Shown piece after piece: positions 36,409 to 46,556 of a DNA stretch of 64,000 nt. Source of the stretch: a bacterium (GTDB lineage: Bacteria > Patescibacteriota > Dojkabacteria > B142 > OLB20); assembly GCA_021463645.1 (NCBI GenBank), contig JAJTYI010000009.1, forward strand, positions 189,269-253,268, in the 5' to 3' direction. The position numbers and the translations under genes were made by a program. The stretch's first letter is position 1; each line of letters begins with the position of its first letter. The notes under the pieces were generated by a model. The model had not been told where the DNA came from, searched no databases, and saw only the letters and a program-made list of their open reading frames with translations.

Positions 36409-36852
36409 GTGCAAGATTCCCGACATAACGCTAGAATTTTAGCTCTCCAGCAACTTTTCGAACTCTATTTTCACAAACAAAATCTAGACCAAAACGATAA
36501 AAATACTGAACTATTTCCAATTAATAAAATTTTGGAAGAAGATGAAATCAAAGATTACGATAAAGCCTTGTTTCGTGAGCTTATAGAGGGGATGCCAGTT
36601 AATGAGATACAAATTGATGAAATTATTGAAGTACTAGCTCCAGAATGGCCAATTGATAAAATTGCCACTATGGATTTACAAATTCTTCGTATAGCGATTC
36701 TCGAGGGGTTCATATTAAATATCACACCAGAAAAAGTTGCGATAGATGAAGCTATTGAGCTCACAAAAGAATTTAGTAATGACCAAAGTAGGAAATTCAT
36801 CAGTGGAGTACTAGGCAACCTAATTGAAAATAAATCGAAATACATAAAATGA
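36409..36852 (+). CDS. nusB: Transcription antitermination factor NusB
   Basis: 'HNARILALQQLFE' and 'DLQILRIAILEGFILNITPEKVAIDEAIELTKEFSNDQSRKFISGVLGNL' match NusB. GTG start. Confidence 0.75.
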   Translation: MQDSRHNARILALQQLFELYFHKQNLDQNDKNTELFPINKILEEDEIKDYDKALFRELIEGMPVNEIQIDEIIEVLAPEWPIDKIATMDLQILRIAILEGFILNITPEKVAIDEAIELTKEFSNDQSRKFISGVLGNLIENKSKYIK

Positions 36853-37562
36853 AAAACACAAAAAACCTTTCTGAGCTAGAATTAAAACTCGGAATCAAAT
36901 TTATAAACAAAAAACTACTTAAAACGGCATTAACACACAGATCCTATCTAAATGAGAATCATTCTGAAGATATTGAAAACAATGAAAGACTAGAGTTCCT
37001 GGGTGATGCAGTACTTGAACTAATTACTACCGAATATCTATTCCTACAGCACCCACAACGCCCTGAAGGGGAACTTACCAGCTTTCGCTCAGCACTTGTA
37101 AAAACGACGAGCCTGGGCGACACAGCTTTAGAATTAACAATAGGGGAGTATATTTTAATGAGCAAAGGTGAAGAAGTTACCGGGGGTAGAACCAGGCCTT
37201 ATATTCTTGCGAATACCTTCGAATCCATACTCGGAGCAATCTATCTTGACCAAGGGTACAAAATCGCTAGAAATTTCGTCATTGAAAAATTATTTCCCAA
37301 ATTAAATGAGATTATCGAAAATAGACTTGATATTGATTCAAAATCAAAATTACAGGAACTTTCTCAAGAAGTACTTAATTTCACACCAATATATGAGTTG
37401 AAATCCGCAGTCGGACCGGACCATGACAAAGAATTTATAATGTCTGTAAAAATTGTAAATAGAGTATTTGGAGAAGGTAAAGGTAAAAGTAAACAAGAAG
37501 CTGAACAAAATGCAGCTCAACATGCTTTAGATCATTGGCAGGATTTGGTCTCTCAAACTTGA
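36849..37562 (+). CDS. rnc: Ribonuclease III
   Basis: RNase III signature 'ERLEFLGDAVLEL' and a C-terminal dsRBD ('EGKGKSKQEAEQNAAQHAL'). Confidence 0.9.
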   Translation: MKNTKNLSELELKLGIKFINKKLLKTALTHRSYLNENHSEDIENNERLEFLGDAVLELITTEYLFLQHPQRPEGELTSFRSALVKTTSLGDTALELTIGEYILMSKGEEVTGGRTRPYILANTFESILGAIYLDQGYKIARNFVIEKLFPKLNEIIENRLDIDSKSKLQELSQEVLNFTPIYELKSAVGPDHDKEFIMSVKIVNRVFGEGKGKSKQEAEQNAAQHALDHWQDLVSQT

Positions 37563-37616
37563 GAGAGGGGAGATAATCTGCTACAATTCATTTCCTTTTT
37601 AATTTAATAAAAAATA

Positions 37617-37982
37617 ATGGTAAAAATACGATTAGCTAGATTTGGTAAGAAAAAACAACCTGCATACAGAGTTGTTGTAACTAATGCCAGAACAAAAAGA
37701 AATACTTTAGCTTTGGAATATTTAGGTTCATACGATCCTTTCGCTAAAAAAGACAAATTCAAAATTGATCAAGACAGATATAATTACTGGATTGAAAATG
37801 GTGCACAACCAACATATACCGTAAAATCACTTATGGTGATTAACGGATTGATAAAAGCAGACATCAAAAGACCAGCAGTCAAGAAAACTGAAACTAAAAA
37901 AGCAGAAAAAGTTGAAGTGAAAAAAGAAAAAGCTGAAGTTGTAGTAGATTCAAAAGAAGAAAAAGCTAAATCAGATAAATAA
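37617..37982 (+). CDS. rpsP: 30S ribosomal protein S16 with a Lys-rich C-terminal tail
   Basis: 'MVKIRLARFGKKKQPAYRVVVTNARTKRNTLALEYLGSYDP' is canonical S16. Confidence 0.9.
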   Translation: MVKIRLARFGKKKQPAYRVVVTNARTKRNTLALEYLGSYDPFAKKDKFKIDQDRYNYWIENGAQPTYTVKSLMVINGLIKADIKRPAVKKTETKKAEKVEVKKEKAEVVVDSKEEKAKSDK

Positions 37983-37991
37983 CAAAATAAA

Positions 37992-38225
37992 ATGCTAGAA
38001 CTCCTTCATTACATAGTGACTAAAATTGTATCTAATCCCGATGATGTAAAAATCGAGACTCAAGAGGAAGATAAAGACCATATAGTTTACATTCTTAAGT
38101 TGCCCGAAGAGGAAAGAGGGGTAGTTATAGGGAAAGGCGGAATGAATATTCGAGCTATCCGAAATATATTGAGCATTATTGCAAAAAGGGAAAACAAAAG
38201 AGTGTACATCAAGGTCGCAGACTAA
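37992..38225 (+). CDS. khpA: KH-domain RNA-binding protein (YlqC/KhpA-like)
   Basis: 'VIGKGGMNIRAIRNIL' carries the GxxG KH loop. Conserved position directly after rpsP. Confidence 0.7.
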   Translation: MLELLHYIVTKIVSNPDDVKIETQEEDKDHIVYILKLPEEERGVVIGKGGMNIRAIRNILSIIAKRENKRVYIKVAD

Positions 38226-38233
38226 AATCTCAT

Positions 38234-38971
38234 TTAAATTCCAAAGTTCTGTTCAATAAAGTTCACAACGCTTTTATCTATTGGCTCCTTTTCAGAAATA
38301 TTCATAAAGTCGTCTTCTGATTGTTTAGCCGAGAATTGATATTTTGTGAGATCAAATTGACCTTTCCAGGCACCCGGAGACTGGAAAGAATTATTAACAT
38401 TTAAATCCATATTGGTGATAATAAAAAAATCTTCTCCTTCGTATAATTTGAGGAATAGTTGTCTAAAAGCATCAAATTCTCCTGCAAAACTAAACTTTGA
38501 GGGAATCTCAATTAACTGATTATTTGATGGCTCTGTATCATTTTTTTTGTCTTCTATGATATTCTCTCCCGCCTGCAAAGACTCGACAATAAGACCTTGT
38601 TCTATGGCTAATCCAGCTACTTTTTGTCTAAAATTAACAACTTCACTTTGTTCAGAAGGGATTATTAAGTTCACTTTATTTAGAATCTGTAGATTTTCCT
38701 CCTCACGACTTTTAAGTGTTTTGAGTATTGCAATCCTTTGATCTAGGAGCTCAGATTCCTTTTTTAGTTCCTTTCCTTCCTCCAAGCCGTCCATCATATA
38801 TTTAACATTTGGAATAATAGTTAATACTAGAATAAGAAGAAAGATAGAGACAGATACTATGGGAATTAAGTAAAAATGGAATAATTTACGATAATTTGTC
38901 TTTTTCTTTGCATATAAATAATCATCATCACTTCTTTTGTCGACTATTTTGTTGTTAATATTTTGAGCCAT
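38234..38971 (-). CDS. pilO: Type IV pilus assembly protein PilO-like
   Basis: Bitopic: cytoplasmic N-terminus, TM 'LIPIVSVSIFLLILVLTII', coiled coil, periplasmic domain. Follows the pilM and pilN homologs. Confidence 0.5.
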   Translation of the reverse strand: MAQNINNKIVDKRSDDDYLYAKKKTNYRKLFHFYLIPIVSVSIFLLILVLTIIPNVKYMMDGLEEGKELKKESELLDQRIAILKTLKSREEENLQILNKVNLIIPSEQSEVVNFRQKVAGLAIEQGLIVESLQAGENIIEDKKNDTEPSNNQLIEIPSKFSFAGEFDAFRQLFLKLYEGEDFFIITNMDLNVNNSFQSPGAWKGQFDLTKYQFSAKQSEDDFMNISEKEPIDKSVVNFIEQNFGI

Positions 38972-38972
38972 C

Positions 38973-39536
38973 TTAGAGTAGGGATTTATCTACCAAGAAA
39001 TTAAAATCTGCAACGAATTGATTACCTAACGGTGCCTGTGTGACCTTGTCTACGCTTAAATCCTTAACCATATTTAAATTTCTCAAGCTTCGAGCTTTTT
39101 CAGCAACAACTATATGATTAGTTGCTGCAATACTAATGGTAAAACTTCCATCTTCATTTCGACCATAACCGACAATACTTACATCACCTTCATTAATTGA
39201 GAATGCTTGTTCTGCTACAAGAAATACTGTTTCAGGATCAATATCGTTTTTTAGAAGGGGAGCAACGCTCTTTGTTTTAACAACTAATTCACCATGGATT
39301 CTTCGAGTTTGAGCATATTCGTTGTTAATCTTGTTTGTTTTTTCCTTGTTAATTTCTTTCCAATCATTTGTGGACCTATCGACAACGAAAGTGTTGAAAA
39401 TTACTAACCCTAACCATAAAACAACACCGAAAAAAACTAAAAACGTATAATAGACACTATAACTATCACGTCTTTGTTCTTTTAGTCTTAATTCTTCAGA
39501 TTTTTTTGGTAGGAGGTTAAATCCTGAACTATTCAT
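38973..39536 (-). CDS. pilN: Type IV pilus assembly protein PilN-like
   Basis: N-terminal 'FNLLPKKSEELRLKEQRR' (INLLP motif) followed by a TM helix. Confidence 0.6.
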   Translation of the reverse strand: MNSSGFNLLPKKSEELRLKEQRRDSYSVYYTFLVFFGVVLWLGLVIFNTFVVDRSTNDWKEINKEKTNKINNEYAQTRRIHGELVVKTKSVAPLLKNDIDPETVFLVAEQAFSINEGDVSIVGYGRNEDGSFTISIAATNHIVVAEKARSLRNLNMVKDLSVDKVTQAPLGNQFVADFNFLVDKSLL

Positions 39537-39537
39537 A

Positions 39538-40569
39538 TTATTCCGTTTTTAAAGCTAAACCTAAAGCAACAGAGAATCCTGTTGTACTTATCTGACTGAT
39601 TTCGGCTTTCATTCTATTGTCGACTTTCAAAGACATTACAGGATCCATAACATTTGCAGGTATACCCATCACTTGTGTCAAATACTGTGCCAGACCCGGG
39701 AGATTAGCTCCATCACCAACTATGTAGATTTGTTTTGGTGTGTTCTCCCTTAGATGTTCTCGGAAATAGTTGATTGTCTTATTTATCTCGTTGGTTATAA
39801 TCTTCATCATTGGTTCCAAAGCTCCGGCAATTTTCCCTTCGGCTTGATCTCTAAGTAATCCATAAGTCCTTTTGTATTGTTCTGCCTGAAGAATGTCCAA
39901 ATTAAATTCTGACATCAGTGCTTTTGTTAAAACATCAGAGCCTGTACCAATGCTTTGCGAGAAAATTACATTTTTTCCCATAATTACAGAGATATCAGTG
40001 TTCGTTCCTCCAAAGTCCATTACCAATACACCTTCATTAAAATGAGTATTATAGGTATAAGCCCTTGCAGTAGCTATTGTTTCAGTTTCTACAGCAATAA
40101 CCTCTAAACCTGCCAAATCCATAACTTCCATATATTTAGCAACAACTTTTTTTGGTGCTGCAACAATTAACCATTGAACAAAAGTTTTTCCATCTCGCTG
40201 ACTTTTACTAACTTGTACCCATTCTAGTTGAACTTCCTCTATCGTCACTGGCAAATATTGTTTTGCTTCATAATATATTGCTTGCTCGAGTTTAGACTCA
40301 TCAACTTCAGGTAATAATATAAGACGGGAAAAAATTGATGACTCGGGTAGGGCGATAACTACTTTCTTCGTATTAATTCCAGCAGTTTCTTTGAGGTTTT
40401 TAATTTCTTTCGCTAAATTTGGCAGATCTGTGTTGTTTACCACTCCACTTACAATATCAGCTCTAGCTAACTTCAATAGTTGTGCAGTATCCGTTCCCAA
40501 GTACTTTACCTGAGCAATTTTCAGGGAGTGATTCCCAATGTCTAGACCAAAGAATTCAGGCAGTTTCAT
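39538..40569 (-). CDS. pilM: Type IV pilus assembly ATPase-fold protein PilM
   Basis: Actin-like fold. 'FGLDIGNHSLKIAQV', 'MDFGGTNTDISV' and 'IYIVGDGANLPGLAQYL' match PilM. Confidence 0.75.
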   Translation of the reverse strand: MKLPEFFGLDIGNHSLKIAQVKYLGTDTAQLLKLARADIVSGVVNNTDLPNLAKEIKNLKETAGINTKKVVIALPESSIFSRLILLPEVDESKLEQAIYYEAKQYLPVTIEEVQLEWVQVSKSQRDGKTFVQWLIVAAPKKVVAKYMEVMDLAGLEVIAVETETIATARAYTYNTHFNEGVLVMDFGGTNTDISVIMGKNVIFSQSIGTGSDVLTKALMSEFNLDILQAEQYKRTYGLLRDQAEGKIAGALEPMMKIITNEINKTINYFREHLRENTPKQIYIVGDGANLPGLAQYLTQVMGIPANVMDPVMSLKVDNRMKAEISQISTTGFSVALGLALKTE

Positions 40570-40688
40570 AAATATATACAGACAGTTTTAGTATAAACTA
40601 GTTAATTCTAATAAGTCTTGAAATATTAATCAAGGAAAATTCATTTTAGGTTGATGAATCTTGCAAAAATTATTTAACTGGGTTAAAT

Positions 40689-42743
40689 TTGTTTAATAAT
40701 ATGAAAATAACTGTCCAAAAACAAATAAATAATATTTTCTTATCCACTTTAAGCATTTTCGCCTTTCTTTTGATTATTTTTCCTATTACTAATCCTGCAT
40801 CTGCAATGGTGAATAGGGAACTAGACTCTGGGAGCTGTATTTATGAGAAAGACTTACAAGGACGTTATAACATAAAAGTAGGTGGTCTAGGTATGATTGA
40901 TCGCATAAGTGGTGGAGTCTATAATGGTTCATTCACAGTAGAGGCTATAAACGGACCTGCACAGAACGTATATTTATATTGGACTGTTAGAAAAGCAACT
41001 GAAGATAGTACTTTGAGAGTAAGTGTTAACGGTGGTGGATTTAATAACATAATCGCTAATCCGCTACATGGGGTGTTCGGTCCAGCTGTTTTAGGTGGTC
41101 CAGGTACAACATATTGGGGTTACATTGTAGACCTTGGGACTACGGGGATAAACAATTCAGGAACAAACACATTCACAATTAGAAAAGATACTTTAGGAGC
41201 TGATATGGAATTGTTCGGAGTTGGTGCAATGATTATACATAATGATCCCACTTTACCCGTCGATAGTCATCTAGAAGTGAAATGTGGATTTGATGGAACA
41301 TTTATGAATAATATAGGTAATCGCCCTAACGAAACCAAGTGGGGGGAATGGAGTAATGTAGTTTGCCATGAATTTCCCGGGGACACAACCAAAGACAGAA
41401 GGGTAGATTATTTTGCCTTTATGTCTGGAACAAAAAGACGAACTGCTTCACCTCTGATGTACCGACCAAATGCTTTCTGGTATGTTACCGGGACAGGTTC
41501 TATTCCAGCATCGATTACTAATTTAAATAAACCTCCAGGGGTACCTAACGGAGGATTATCTTCCATACCTGGAGCTATTGTATACCAAGATTTATTTAAT
41601 GCAACATCCGAAAACGAGTGGGATACAATAGACTCAACACACCTTACACCTGATGTAAATATCCCAGAGGACCATACTTATATCTGTTTTCAAACACAAT
41701 CTAGAAATGTACCTCCTGCCACGCAAACCAATGGCTTAGGATCAAGTATGCAATGGTCAATGTCAGCATTAACATTTGCATATGCTGGTTCATCGAGTAC
41801 TCCAACGCCTGGACCATCTTCAACACCAACACCACCTCCACCGGCAACATCTACACCGACTCCAACTCCGATTGTATACTACCCATGGGTAAATACCATC
41901 GGAGGCAATGTATATAGCAGCACTTTCAATCAGACAACCCTGACCTCAAATAATATTATTAATAGTTTCTTCGATAATGTAAATTTTGCAAGTTTTATTG
42001 GGAGAGAAAGATACCTATCCTCGAATCTCTACCTTCAACCGGTAGGATATGCAATTCCATCTAGAAGTTCTGAAAAAGATTCTCAACTCAGTGATTATGC
42101 AGATGCAAATTCAGAATACAAGACAGGTGTGAGCTGGTTTCAATACTTTGATCAGTATCTTAGAAACTCAACTCCGACAATCATAAAAACTCAAATCACA
42201 GATCCAACAATCACATATAACCGAATGTCAGAAATACATCCCACCGGGAATCTGAACGATGTGGTTGTATATTTATCAGGAGACTTGACGATTGATGTAA
42301 ATATTTGTGACACAAAAAGTATTTTTCTTGTTACTGGCAATTTGAACATTCAGCCAAACTTGGTGAGCGAAGGCTTTGAAAATGGTTGTATGTTCATTGT
42401 TCAAGGTACCACAACAATATTACCAGGTGATGGGTTAGGTTCAGCAGATCCAGACAAAACTGTTTACGACCAGGTACACGGATATTTTGTGACCGGACTC
42501 TTTAGTACAGTTGCAGATCCGTCAGGAGATGGCCTTTACATAAAGGGTGGGGTAGTAGAGACAGATAATACACCGTCAATAACCGACATGGATTGGAACA
42601 GGAATCTTGGACCAATTCGTAGCCAATTTTCACCTTCTGAGATAATCGAATACGACCCAAGATATCTATATATTTACGGTGATCTTATGTCTTATGTGTT
42701 TGGTTATAACATAAGAGAGGGTCAATTCATCAGAGCACAATAG
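40689..42743 (+). CDS. Large secreted two-domain protein with a Pro/Thr-rich linker; candidate pilus-associated surface protein or adhesin
   Basis: Signal peptide 'LSTLSIFAFLLIIFPITNPASA'. Linker 'SSSTPTPGPSSTPTPPPPATSTPTPTP'. Flanked by pilMNO and the minor-pilin operon. No known domain. Confidence 0.5.
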   Translation: MFNNMKITVQKQINNIFLSTLSIFAFLLIIFPITNPASAMVNRELDSGSCIYEKDLQGRYNIKVGGLGMIDRISGGVYNGSFTVEAINGPAQNVYLYWTVRKATEDSTLRVSVNGGGFNNIIANPLHGVFGPAVLGGPGTTYWGYIVDLGTTGINNSGTNTFTIRKDTLGADMELFGVGAMIIHNDPTLPVDSHLEVKCGFDGTFMNNIGNRPNETKWGEWSNVVCHEFPGDTTKDRRVDYFAFMSGTKRRTASPLMYRPNAFWYVTGTGSIPASITNLNKPPGVPNGGLSSIPGAIVYQDLFNATSENEWDTIDSTHLTPDVNIPEDHTYICFQTQSRNVPPATQTNGLGSSMQWSMSALTFAYAGSSSTPTPGPSSTPTPPPPATSTPTPTPIVYYPWVNTIGGNVYSSTFNQTTLTSNNIINSFFDNVNFASFIGRERYLSSNLYLQPVGYAIPSRSSEKDSQLSDYADANSEYKTGVSWFQYFDQYLRNSTPTIIKTQITDPTITYNRMSEIHPTGNLNDVVVYLSGDLTIDVNICDTKSIFLVTGNLNIQPNLVSEGFENGCMFIVQGTTTILPGDGLGSADPDKTVYDQVHGYFVTGLFSTVADPSGDGLYIKGGVVETDNTPSITDMDWNRNLGPIRSQFSPSEIIEYDPRYLYIYGDLMSYVFGYNIREGQFIRAQ

Positions 42744-42747
42744 TAAT

Positions 42748-43581
42748 ATGAAAAAAGCATACAAAGGACAAATATTAATAATCTTGATGTTAGCTTTAGC
42801 TATTATTAGTATTTTACTTGTATTAATATCAAAAAATGTTAGGCGTGATACATTAGATCAGGTCCAATCTGAACAATACGAAGAGTACTATTCAGCGGTA
42901 GAACAGGAGTTACTGAAAATCATCTCAGGACAGAATCCAGCATGTCCAGAGGCTTCAATTACCTGTGATATTGAACTAACTGGATTAGAATTTAGTAATG
43001 CGCTTTCGAAAAAAATGCTATACATTGTAAAAGATGTGGTCACTACCTTTTCCGATATCCCCGTTGGAAAAGACAAAAATATAACGATACCTTTAGAAGG
43101 ATATAAGGATAATTTAAAATTTAGTTGGAAAGGACAAGTAGCGTGGGTGGTAAATATCGATTACAAATCTAATATTGGCGAATACAAAACCTCTCAAAGC
43201 ATTTACGATAATTTTAATATCTTTGAGCCAAATGATCCGATTAGTTGCTTAACATTCGTCCCTGATGGAACAAATAGCTTCACAATTGATCTTAAACAAT
43301 GCCTTAATAGCGTCGAACCTAGCGGAGTATACACAACTATATCAGTAAGGATGAAACCAATTATGAAGAATTCAAGTACAACCGAACTATCACTACTAGA
43401 GCCGACAACTGGGTTACCACCGCAAGCAAGAATCATAGTAGCAACAGCTGAAATAGACGACGACCTAGGAAATTCTCCATCAATTCAACTAGAGCTCCAG
43501 ATTCCTACTAAGGATCCTTCATTAGAGATATTGGATTATGCTCTTAGGACAAATAAGGTAGTATCAAAGCCTAAACCTTAA
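42748..43581 (+). CDS. Hypothetical N-terminally membrane-anchored protein
   Basis: 'MKKAYKGQILIILMLALAIISILLVLIS' anchor. Co-oriented and contiguous with the large secreted protein (4-nt gap). Confidence 0.45.
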   Translation: MKKAYKGQILIILMLALAIISILLVLISKNVRRDTLDQVQSEQYEEYYSAVEQELLKIISGQNPACPEASITCDIELTGLEFSNALSKKMLYIVKDVVTTFSDIPVGKDKNITIPLEGYKDNLKFSWKGQVAWVVNIDYKSNIGEYKTSQSIYDNFNIFEPNDPISCLTFVPDGTNSFTIDLKQCLNSVEPSGVYTTISVRMKPIMKNSSTTELSLLEPTTGLPPQARIIVATAEIDDDLGNSPSIQLELQIPTKDPSLEILDYALRTNKVVSKPKP

Positions 43582-44180
43582 AAGTTTCTAGTGAAGACAC
43601 TGATTTGTCGATACTGAGTAGCTACTTCAATGTTCACATAATCTGAGACATTAGCAGTTAGTGACGCTAGTAAAATTCCTTGAGTGGTTTTCTCTGTTTG
43701 TTGATAGAGTGTAAGCTCAAAACGGGTACCAAGAGGATCGAACTTTAGAATGTCAGAAGATTGATAATATAGTTCATAAACACCTGATGGATTTTGTTTT
43801 AGTTTACATAACTTGTTCTCCGGGCATTCTGTTACATTACTCCCATATACCCAAGCATAATTATTTCCGGTCATATTGAAAAAACAGGCAGGGGCTGAGG
43901 AAACAGCGTTTGTACCATCTGGATTGATGAAACTGATACTTTCACCACAAAGAGTTTGATCAATTCTGCTTGAATTACGGAAGTCTCGTCTAATCATGAC
44001 CGCAATTTCTGATAAATCACCTCTTACTTTCGATCTACCAGCGATTCTTCTTCCTGCATTGATACTAAGAACTAATACTTGAACAATCATAGTCATAAGA
44101 ACAGCGAAGACCACTAGAGTCACTAACATTTCAAGTAGTGAAAATCCTTTCTTATTTTTAAAACTTTTAGTCATAATCAT
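43578..44180 (-). CDS. Prepilin-type minor pilin / pseudopilin
   Basis: Class III signal 'KKG|FSLLEMLVTLVVFAVLM' (G-1, F+1, E+5). Confidence 0.6.
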   Translation of the reverse strand: MIMTKSFKNKKGFSLLEMLVTLVVFAVLMTMIVQVLVLSINAGRRIAGRSKVRGDLSEIAVMIRRDFRNSSRIDQTLCGESISFINPDGTNAVSSAPACFFNMTGNNYAWVYGSNVTECPENKLCKLKQNPSGVYELYYQSSDILKFDPLGTRFELTLYQQTEKTTQGILLASLTANVSDYVNIEVATQYRQISVFTRNF

Positions 44181-44692
44181 AATTGTGTCCTGTTTTTAAA
44201 ACCTATTGATTCGGTGAGTTTATAGCCGTCTTTGATCTTATATACTCCTATTGACCTGATAATATAATCACTATTTGTAGGGTCGAGCGGATTAACATAA
44301 TCTACCGTAATCTGATTACAAAATGTTCCATTCGAATCAGGACCATCAATATCTATATAAAACTCAGATGAAGATGAACATGAAGAGTTTGCCTCAATCT
44401 CGGAAGCAGAAGATGTCGAAGTGATACCAGTAACTTGCCCCTGTAAACCTGTATTCACCTTATAAAATAAACCCTTAGTAAGATTCTCAGGTTTGATAAT
44501 TGGCGAACGGACGTATTCCAAAGATGAATAAACGAAGGCAGATGCCTGGTCTGCAACTTGGTTATCTTTGATAATTGCTAAGGATTTCACAATCAAGGAT
44601 AACCCCACTACTATGGTAACTCCAAAAACACCAATGGCAATTATTGACTCCAATAATCCAAATGCTTTCATGTTTGATTTCTTAATTTCCAT
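44177..44692 (-). CDS. Prepilin-type minor pilin / pseudopilin
   Basis: 'MKA|FGLLESIIAIGVFGVTIV' with E+5. Confidence 0.5.
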   Translation of the reverse strand: MEIKKSNMKAFGLLESIIAIGVFGVTIVVGLSLIVKSLAIIKDNQVADQASAFVYSSLEYVRSPIIKPENLTKGLFYKVNTGLQGQVTGITSTSSASEIEANSSCSSSSEFYIDIDGPDSNGTFCNQITVDYVNPLDPTNSDYIIRSIGVYKIKDGYKLTESIGFKNRTQL

Positions 44693-45230
44693 ATTTTACT
44701 TCAAAAGTATTTTTTGCTCCATCAAATATAAACCTTCTAAAAACTTCTGGATTTGTTTTATGAGAAAGCTCAATTTCACAGATAGAATCGCTATAAGTGC
44801 CGCTGTTTTCAACCTGCCAGTCACTTATCAAATTAATTAAAATCATACTATCGCACCCAACAGTGTTAAGTAAAACATTATTATTCTCTAGACTAATAAA
44901 ATTATCGACTTTTGTTGAAATCGTGCAATCCCAAAATATTGAATTTCCAATTTTTTGGCAAACTCTTCGTTCAATATCGTTTGATTGAGGAACTAGCTGA
45001 TACGCATAAATACTTTCATCATCGATGACTATGCCATCAGGTAGTACGTTATTTGCTGCATAGTTTTTTGTTTCATTTACACTTGAAGTTATCAAGTCAC
45101 TCGCTTGTTGTAACTCGATAGTTCTTCTGAAATTAGCCATTACTTGTATTAACATTGATAGAAGTATTGCTATGATTGCCATCACAACCAAAATCTCTAA
45201 TAATGTATACCCCTTTTTTATCCGTATCAT
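44682..45230 (-). CDS. Prepilin-type minor pilin / pseudopilin
   Basis: 'KKG|YTLLEILVVMAIIAILL' (G-1, E+5). Confidence 0.6.
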   Translation of the reverse strand: MIRIKKGYTLLEILVVMAIIAILLSMLIQVMANFRRTIELQQASDLITSSVNETKNYAANNVLPDGIVIDDESIYAYQLVPQSNDIERRVCQKIGNSIFWDCTISTKVDNFISLENNNVLLNTVGCDSMILINLISDWQVENSGTYSDSICEIELSHKTNPEVFRRFIFDGAKNTFEVKYGN

Positions 45231-46063
45231 AAATATTCAGAAATCAGTAAGAAAAATTCATCCAGTGAAAGTAATTTCAAAATTGAATCCTTCCAAAATA
45301 AAACAGCTAGAGCTGCAAAACTGATGAAAGGAACAAACTGTATTTGCACGCCATGAAGTTTACCCACTCTCAACGCTTTAATAATTCCTATAATCGAACC
45401 ACTTACAGAACTTATCAAGAACAGAGGAATAAGACCTTCTATACCTACTGCTAAACCAGCAAAAGCCATTAAATATATATCTCCCTCACCCATACCAGAG
45501 CCTTTCGTAAATTTTACAATTAAGTAAATAATTAATCCTGCAATAAGCGCACCTAAATATCCGCTTATACCTGAGACGACAAGTTGTTTATCTGAAAGTA
45601 CAATTGCTGTTAACGAAAATAGCGCAGAAATAACTAATGCTAACTTGATAGCTTTTACATTTACTTCCCAATAGAGATAATCATAAACTGCGAAAAAAAG
45701 GAAGAACAAGGAGTAAATAACGATGATAAATAAATTTAATCCAAATAATGGCTTATCTAGAAAATTATTCCATAAGTACCAAAAACCTAAAACAAAAACT
45801 AAACCTGTCGTAAACTCTACAATAGGATAAATTGCTGGTAATTTCTTTTTACAGTGTCGACACCTACCTTTGTAAAAGAAATAAGAGAGTAGGGGGATTA
45901 AATCCTTCCAGGTAAGTTTCTCTTTTGTATGATCACAGAAAGATCTCCCCGAAAAACTCAGATTATGCTTAACTCGATATACTGCCATATTGAGGAAACT
46001 ACCCCACACCAGACCTAAAACAAAAATCTGAAGAATTAATATTATTTCCATTATTAAGTTCAT
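45227..46063 (-). CDS. pilD: Prepilin peptidase (A24 family) PilD
   Basis: Zinc tetracysteine 'CDHTKEKL...GRCRHCKK', 'DLIPLLSY' and the catalytic Asp context 'GMGEGDIYLMAFAGL'. Confidence 0.8.
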   Translation of the reverse strand: MNLIMEIILILQIFVLGLVWGSFLNMAVYRVKHNLSFSGRSFCDHTKEKLTWKDLIPLLSYFFYKGRCRHCKKKLPAIYPIVEFTTGLVFVLGFWYLWNNFLDKPLFGLNLFIIVIYSLFFLFFAVYDYLYWEVNVKAIKLALVISALFSLTAIVLSDKQLVVSGISGYLGALIAGLIIYLIVKFTKGSGMGEGDIYLMAFAGLAVGIEGLIPLFLISSVSGSIIGIIKALRVGKLHGVQIQFVPFISFAALAVLFWKDSILKLLSLDEFFLLISEYL

Positions 46064-46542
46064 TTACAAATCATTTCATCATAAGATGCTTCTCCGAAAT
46101 TATTAACCTGACCATCTTCGTCACAAAATGCTAGTTTAAAAGTATTGTCGCTCAATTCATATTTGTAACTTGTGAATTCTTTATCAGTTTTGGGCTGAAG
46201 GTCTGAGGCACCCTTCGTTGATCCTTTTAATTCTAATTCTGTACTAATTAAACAATCTATTTTCGGACAAATTAAAACTGAGTCAGTTTTAAAAAATACT
46301 GCTTCAGGATAATCTTCATTCTCAGCTTTGAATTTTTCAAGTTCAGTAACGATTTTATTCATCATCTCAACTCTCTGATTCTCTCTAACACCTTTTTGCC
46401 AAAGCGCATAACGGTTTAAAGATAATCCGAGAATCAATAAGCCTAAAAATAATACTCCAATGAAAACCAAGTACACTCGCAATCTCCGAGGAGAGATCGC
46501 GAGTGATTTTGATGATTTTTTAGTTTCAGCCTTGGTTGTCAT
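46060..46542 (-). CDS. Hypothetical membrane-anchored protein with 4 Cys, inside the pilus operon
   Basis: TM 'VYLVFIGVLFLGLLILGLSL'. Cys at 'ICPKIDC' and 'FCDED...EMIC'. Not prepilin-like. Confidence 0.45.
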   Translation of the reverse strand: MTTKAETKKSSKSLAISPRRLRVYLVFIGVLFLGLLILGLSLNRYALWQKGVRENQRVEMMNKIVTELEKFKAENEDYPEAVFFKTDSVLICPKIDCLISTELELKGSTKGASDLQPKTDKEFTSYKYELSDNTFKLAFCDEDGQVNNFGEASYDEMICK

Positions 46543-46556
46543 TTATTTATTTTTGA

